Origin: Octopus vulgaris
Taxonomy: Eukaryota
Assembly: GCA_951406725.2 (NCBI GenBank)
Contig: OX597828.1
Coordinates: forward strand, 60,388,001-60,452,000
Direction: 5' to 3'
DNA: 64,000 nt
Shown: positions 54,391-64,000 of the stretch, piece after piece
Layout of the letters: each line of letters begins with the position of its first letter
Numbering within the stretch: position 1 is the first letter of the stretch
Notes under the pieces: model-generated
Told to the model about the DNA's origin: nothing
The model's database searches: none
The model's input: only the letters and a program-made list of their open reading frames with translations
Made by a program: the position numbers and the translations under genes

Positions 54391-55132
54391 CCATTTTAAT
54401 AATACTTCAGAGCAAGGGATCACAGCTAATTCAAGGCTTCTTAGTTATTCTGTAATTGCTGCCCATATCTTACCTTAAATGGGCAAAATTTTGTAACCAG
54501 TATAGGTAGTATTTCTGTGTTTTTTGCTATGTCTTTCTTAATCTACATATACTTTCACCTCATTCGTCTGCCTTCATTTGATTACAGAAACTATCTGCAC
54601 ATCTACGAAGCCATCTTTCTTCCATGGTATATTTCCATTGCTAACTACATTAGTCACAACTGATGAGTTTCATCATCATCATCATCATCATCGTTTAGCG
54701 TCCGTTTTCCATGCTAGCATGGGTTTTTCTGGAAAACCTGCATCTGTTCTTAATTCATGAATCATTGTACCAACAACTATGGCAAAGAGCAGTGGAATGG
54801 TGATTACCTTTATCATGATCATTCATGTAAAAAGATTTCCGCATTGTATTTAGATATAAAAAAAACTAGTGGTAATATAGAACACTTCCAGTAGATTGGT
54901 ATTGAAAGGGTACACATTCTCATCATACTTTTTTACTTTTTCCTATTACACAAATTAACTGATAACTTTTTGTATACATGAGTGAAAAATTTTGTATGAA
55001 ATTTCTGCTTCAACATTTCCATCCATAACTTTCAAACATATCTTCTTACTTTCTATAATGTAGGAGGACACTACAGTGACCATAGGTTCATCCATTTTCT
55101 CTGGAATAACACTTATAAAGAAGAACACTTAC

Positions 55133-55208
55133 TTTGTTGCACAAAACTTGTACAATTTCCATAAGCTGCCTCAGAAGATTGGATTTTTTATCACATTGCA
55201 TCTGCTGT
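55133..55208 (-). CDS. FN3-domain gene, most upstream exon found in the window (QQMQCDKKSNLLRQLMEIVQVLCNK)
   Basis: ggcatttcag acceptor, gtaagt donor, 76 nt, phase 2 to 0, in frame with 45476-45583. Confidence 0.7.
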
Positions 55209-55455
55209 CTGAAATGCCAATAACAATATGAAAATAATAACAACTACAGCAACAACAACAAGAATTGGAAGAAGAAGAAGAAGAAGTAGAAGAAGAAGAA
55301 GAAGAAGGCGGCGGCGGTGGCTACAAGAAATATGTATATATATATATATATTACCATATATATATATATATTACCATATATATAAGGCATATATATATAT
55401 ATTACTATATATATAGGGCATATAGATATATATATATATATTACCATATATATAG

Positions 55456-55490
<35 letters not shown>

Positions 55491-55529
55491 CCATATATAT
55501 AGGGCATATATATATATATATATTACCAT

Positions 55530-56122
55530 TCAACGGTCATTCGGAATGCTCACAGCAGCCATATTCCTACCACTCTATGTCACGCTGGTGAGACCCATAT
55601 TGGAGTATGGGATTCAAGCCTCTTCTCCTTATCTCCTCAAAGACATACAGCATCTCGAAAGAGTCCAGAAGCTGGCTACCCGCATGGTTCATGGTCTCAA
55701 AAATTTGTCCTACGAAGAAAGGCTGAGGACGCTCGACCTTTATTCTCTCGAAAAACGCCGCCGCCGTGGTGATCTCATTCTCGCCCACAACATCATAAGC
55801 GGAAATTGTAACCTCTCGAAAGAGCTGTTCTTCACTCCTGCTCTAGAGCGTCGGCTGCGGGGTCATTCCGAAATGCTCTACCTGCGACGATTTCATCTCA
55901 ATCAAAGGAGAGGAGCTTTCTCCGTCCGGGTTGCGGATCCGTGGAACAAGCTTCCAGACGAGATGGTGAAGATGCCGACGACCGCTTTGTTTAAAGCTTC
56001 CCTGGACCTCAAGTGGCCTGAACTCTTTACATGAACACCACCCTGTACTTAACTCCATGTCCCCCTACATGGCCTTGCTATTTGCTTTTGAGCCAAATTA
56101 ACTAACTAACTAACTAACTAAC
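55530..56122 (+). mobile_element. 5'-truncated CR1-type LINE (second family) with (CTAA)n tail, inside a TA microsatellite
   Basis: LYVTLVRPILEY, LERVQKLATRMV, SYEERL, SLEKRRRRGDLI and FSVRVADPWNKLP motifs. Confidence 0.92.
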
Positions 56123-56132
56123 ATATATATAG

Positions 56133-56187
<55 letters not shown>

Positions 56188-56223
56188 CATATATATATAT
56201 ATATATATATTACATATATATAG

Positions 56224-56519
<296 letters not shown>

Positions 56520-56592
56520 TACCATATATATATAGGGCATATATATATATATATATATACTTTATTTTAAGCAGCAGAAAATTCAACAAAAT

Positions 56593-56630
56593 CTGTTACT
56601 CTGAGTTTCTCGTTGCCGTTCATCAGACAG
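56593..56630 (-). ncRNA. Minimal type-I hammerhead ribozyme (minus-strand copy)
   Basis: Exact reverse complement of 56650-56687. Confidence 0.7.
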
Positions 56631-56649
56631 TTTTTGCTAGAATGATGAA

Positions 56650-56687
56650 CTGTCTGATGAACGGCAACGAGAAACTCAGAGTAACAG
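56650..56687 (+). ncRNA. Minimal type-I hammerhead ribozyme, predicted cleavage after GUA (A56683)
   Basis: ctgt-CUGAUGA-a-cg(GCAA)cg-a-GAAA-ctc(a)gag-UA-acag. Near-palindromic stem III ACTCAGAGT; weak stem II. Confidence 0.7.
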
Positions 56688-56790
56688 ATTTTGTTGAATT
56701 TTCTGCTGCTTAAAATAAAGCATATTACTCTACCACTGGTATTTGAGTACTCTTTTTTCCACCTTGTTTCACATTTATGTGTTTACTCCG

Positions 56791-57546
<756 letters not shown>

Positions 57547-57566
57547 CTATATATTTATATATATAT

Positions 57567-59337
57567 GATTGATTGATTGATTGATTGATTCCAGTTTCAG
57601 CTTATGAGCTGTGGCCATGCTGGGGCACCGCCATTTGGTGTTGCTACTTGGTTTCACTTCATGGAGGCTTTCTAGCAACTGCTATTTGGTGCATGAGAGA
57701 GTTCGATGCAGCTGCCCTCATCTGCCCCTCCTGCCGTGAAGTTGGTTCATCTGGGACACCTGACAGGAAGAGATCCAGCTCCATTTTAAAGACATCTGTA
57801 TCCACCCCATGCAGGTCTCTCAGGTTCATCGGGAGGATATTGAAGAGCTGTGGGCCTCGGAAGCCCAGGCTATCACAGAATCTTGTCCTACATCTTGATG
57901 GCAAGTTTGGAGTCCTAGGCACCACGCAGTGGCGCCCAGTTCTGGCGTTTGCGTAACTCTCGATGCCAAAGTTCAGGACACTTCCCTCCAGGATCTTCCA
58001 GATGTATATTATGGCATATCTTTCCCGCCTACGCTCCAAGGAATATAGTTTTAATCTCTTGAGTCTTTCCCAGTAGCTTACATTCTGCGTACAGGCTATC
58101 TTCTTCGTGTAGCTACGCTGGATCGCCTCGAGCTCTGTGATCAACTTGACACTGGATGGTGATCATAACTGAGAGCAATAGTCAAAGTGACTTAGGACAA
58201 GTGTCTTCCAGAGGACCATCATGGTTTCTTGTTCTCTTGTTCTAAAGGTTCTAAGAATCCATCCAGCCAGCCGTCTGCATTTCACTGTCAGTTTAGCAAC
58301 ATGTACATGAAAGGTCGCGTCATCACTCATGTGAATACCCAGGTCACGCACTGATTGTGCCTCTGGGATTGCAATCCCTCCGGGTCCAGTGTATTCCTTG
58401 GGTATTGCATTCAGTTTTGCATGCTGATAGTATAAAGCTTGAAACTTTTCAGCATTGAACTGCATGCTATTCTTTTCAGCCCACTTGTATATTTCGTCCA
58501 GCTCATATTGCAGGTGCCTAGTGTCTTCAGGGTTCTGTATTGCCTGTGAAACTTTTGTATCATCTGCATAACTTGTGATTGTGGCTCTCCGCGTGGCTGA
58601 GGGCATGTCTGAGAGGGCCATTATGAACAGTAGTGGTCCCAAAACAGTGCCCTGTGGAACACCGCTCACTATTTGCGTGCTAATGGAAGTGGCCCCATTG
58701 GCTACTACCACCTGACTTCTATTCTTCAGAAAGTCGTGAAGCCATTCTCCTAGTTTTCCAACTATGCCAAGATCACGCAGTTTGTGACATATCATTCCAT
58801 GATCGACTTTATCGAAGGCCTTTGCGAAGTCGAGATATATGACTTCCACATTTGAGTGGTTGAGCAGTTGTTTCAGCACCCAGTCATAGTGCTGCAGGAG
58901 CTGAGTTAAGCAGCTTCTTCCTGGTCGGAAACCATGTTGGGCGTCAGGCAGCAAGTCATTTTCTTCAAGGAAGGTGATTAGTTTCCTTCTGACTATTCGT
59001 TCCATGACCTTGCTGATGTGTGAGGTCAGAGAGATAGGTCTGTAGTTCTTGGCCTCCGCTCTGCTACCTCCTTTATGAATAGGGCATATTTTACCTTTCT
59101 TCAGTTTTCTTGGAAGTTTGCCAGCTGCAAGGAAGCTCTGAAAGAGGAACTGCAGTGGTCTTGCTAAGACTCTCTTACATACTTTTAGGAGGATTGCCGG
59201 GAATCCATCGGGGCCAATAGCTGAGTCTATTTTCATTTCATCTATAGCCTTTATTACATCGTCTTCCTTTATATCGATGTAATTTAACGTCGCCGCCTCT
59301 GATTCTATATCTGCAGTGGTAAAAAAGTCAGTTGGAT
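57567..59337 (-). mobile_element. Young 5'-truncated CR1-type LINE (same family as 35109-36296) with the full RT core and one nonsense change
   Basis: GPDG, NYRPISLTS, QHGFRPGRSC, YLDFAKAFDKV, GVPQGTVLGP and YADD motifs. SQLW becomes SQL* at 58163-65. (TA)n on both flanks. Confidence 0.95.
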
Positions 59338-59369
<32 letters not shown>

Positions 59370-59371
<2 letters not shown>

Positions 59372-59780
59372 TCTCTTTTCTCTTTTACTTGTTTCAGTCA
59401 TTTGACTGCGGCCATGCTGGAGCACCGCCTTTAATCGAGCAACTCGACCCCGGGACTTATTCTTTGTAAGCCCAGTACTTATTCTATCAGTCTCTTTTTT
59501 GCCGAACCGCTAAGTGACGGGGACGTAAACACACCAGCATCGGTTGTCAAGCGATGCTAGGGGGACAAACACAGACACACAAACACACACATATATATAT
59601 ATATATACATATATACGACAGGCTTCTTTCAGTTTCCGTCTACCAAATCCACTCACAAGGCATTGGTCGGCCCGGGGCTATAGCAGAAACACTTGCCCAA
59701 GATGCCACGCAGTGGGACTGAACCCGGAACCATGTGGTTGGTTAGTAAGCTACTTACCACACAGCCACTCCTGCGCCTAT
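59370..59780 (-). mobile_element. tRNA-type SINE (family A), full length and well preserved
   Basis: Head ggcgcaggagtggctgtgtggtaag...gggttcagtccc, internal (TA)n, tail aagtaaaagagaaaagag. Confidence 0.85.
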
Positions 59781-59923
59781 TTAACGATTGTACGCCCGCA
59801 TATATATATATATATATATATATTACCAAATATATTTATATATATATATATTACCATATATATTTATATATATATATATTACCATATATATATATATATT
59901 ACCATATATATATATATATATTA

Positions 59924-60081
<158 letters not shown>

Positions 60082-60088
60082 CCATATA

Positions 60089-60155
<67 letters not shown>

Positions 60156-60782
60156 TATATATATATATAAATATATATATTACCATATATATTTATATAT
60201 ATATATAAATATATATATTACCATATATATTTATATATATATATAAATATATATATTACCATATATATTTATCATCATCATCATCATCATCATCGTTTAA
60301 CGTCCGTTTTCCGCGCTAGCACGGGTTGGACGGTTTCGACCGGGGTCTGGGGAGCTAGGGACTGCCCCAGGCTCCAGTCTGGTCTGGCAGTGTTTCTACA
60401 GCTGGATGCCCTTCCTAACGCCAACCACTCCGCGAGTGTAGTGGGTGCTTTTTACGTGCCACCTGCACAGGTGCCAGAGGGGTCTGGCATCGGCCACGTT
60501 CGGATGGTGCTTTTTATGTGGGGGGGGGGTGCAGGAATATAGGGGAGCACCAGTGGGGAGGGGTGGTTCAGAGAAATGATGACAGGTTGTAGGCAAGTAG
60601 AAGGTAGGATATCAAGAGAGGGGTAATGCATGGTAAGATAGCGTATTGAAGAGGGGGGTTCGAAGAGAAGACACCTAGAATGGTGGTGGGAGAAGCGACA
60701 TCCGGTATAGATGGAGAAAAATAGAGATATCCGGTATTGGTATTGGTGGTGGGGGTGGGCAGCGCGGGTGCACCGCGATACA

Positions 60783-61572
60783 CGAAGGTCGATCATATAA
60801 CGAGAAGAGAAATGAACAAATCAGACAAAATAGATAGAAATCAGATAAAATAGTTAGATAGATAGAGAAACATGTATGATCAGTCTAGGAGTGAAAATAG
60901 GCATTCAAACTTATCTGTGCACGGGATTTTATAGCTGGTAGATGAGGTAGATGAATGAGAGAGAGAGAGAGCACATGTTGTGGGTTGCCTTCTAAGTAAA
61001 AAGTTGTCCGGAAGAAGGATTTTTGGAGAAGGTGGAAGTGTATTAAAGGAAAAAGGTTTCAAGATGGCGAATCGAAGGTCGATCATATAACGAGAGGAGA
61101 AATGAACAAATCAGACAAAATAGATAGAAATCAGATAAAATAGTTAGATAGATAGAGAAACATGTATGATCAGTCTAGGAGTGAAAATAGGCATTCAAAC
61201 TTATCTGTGCACGGGATTATATAGCTGGTAGATGAGGTAGATGAATGAGAGAGAGAGAGAGCACATGTTGTGGGTTGCCTTCTAAGTAAAAAGTTGTCCG
61301 GAAGAGGGATTTTTGGAGAAGGCGGAAGTGTATTAAAGGAAACAGGTTTCAAGATGGCGAATCGAAGGTTGATCATATAACGAGAGGAGAAATGAACAAA
61401 TCAGACAAAATAGATAGAAATCAGATAAAATACTTAGATAGATAGAGAAACATGTATGATCAGTCTAGGAGTGAAAATAGGCATTCAAACTTATCTGTGC
61501 ACGGGATTTTTGTAGCTGGTAGATGAGGTAGATGAATGAGAGAGAGAGAGAGAGCACATGTTGTGGGTTGCC
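60783..61572. repeat. 290-bp tandem repeat, ~2.7 near-identical copies
   Basis: Units start at 60783, 61073 and 61363 (cgaaggtcgatcatataacgag). Confidence 0.95.
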
Positions 61573-61624
61573 TTATATTATATATATATTTATATATATA
61601 TATAAATATATATATTACCATATA

Positions 61625-64000
<2,376 letters not shown>

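Noticed and set aside
54474-54542. Possible extra phase 0-0 minus-strand exon (IKKDIAKNTEILPILVTKFCPFK)
   Set aside because: Good donor, but the acceptor has no pyrimidine tract and the exon is not needed for frame continuity.

Overview
This is AT-rich, repeat-saturated animal genomic DNA. The SINE/LINE repertoire and very long (TA)n/(TACA)n tracts suggest an octopod cephalopod (inference). Seven phase-compatible GT-AG exons on the minus strand (55208 to 8719) join into the 3' part of a protein with a helical/coiled-coil region, one fibronectin type III domain and a Ser/Thr-rich tail. A probable terminal exon of a convergent plus-strand gene lies at 1552-1644. The rest is mobile DNA: RTE, CR1-type and R4-type LINEs, two mariners, a piggyBac relic, MITE/HINE-like elements, tRNA-type SINEs and Penelope-like elements (PLEs). 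The most notable signal is a cluster of seven type-I hammerhead ribozyme motifs from five different sequence families between 33.5 and 62.1 kb. All have a palindromic stem III and sit in or beside (TA)n microsatellites. Two are attached to GIY-YIG-coding PLEs; the other five lie in short non-coding, retrozyme-like units, two of which are tandem and/or inverted duplications. Four motifs are in the sense orientation of the host gene. All structures were read by eye; no searches or folding programs were run.
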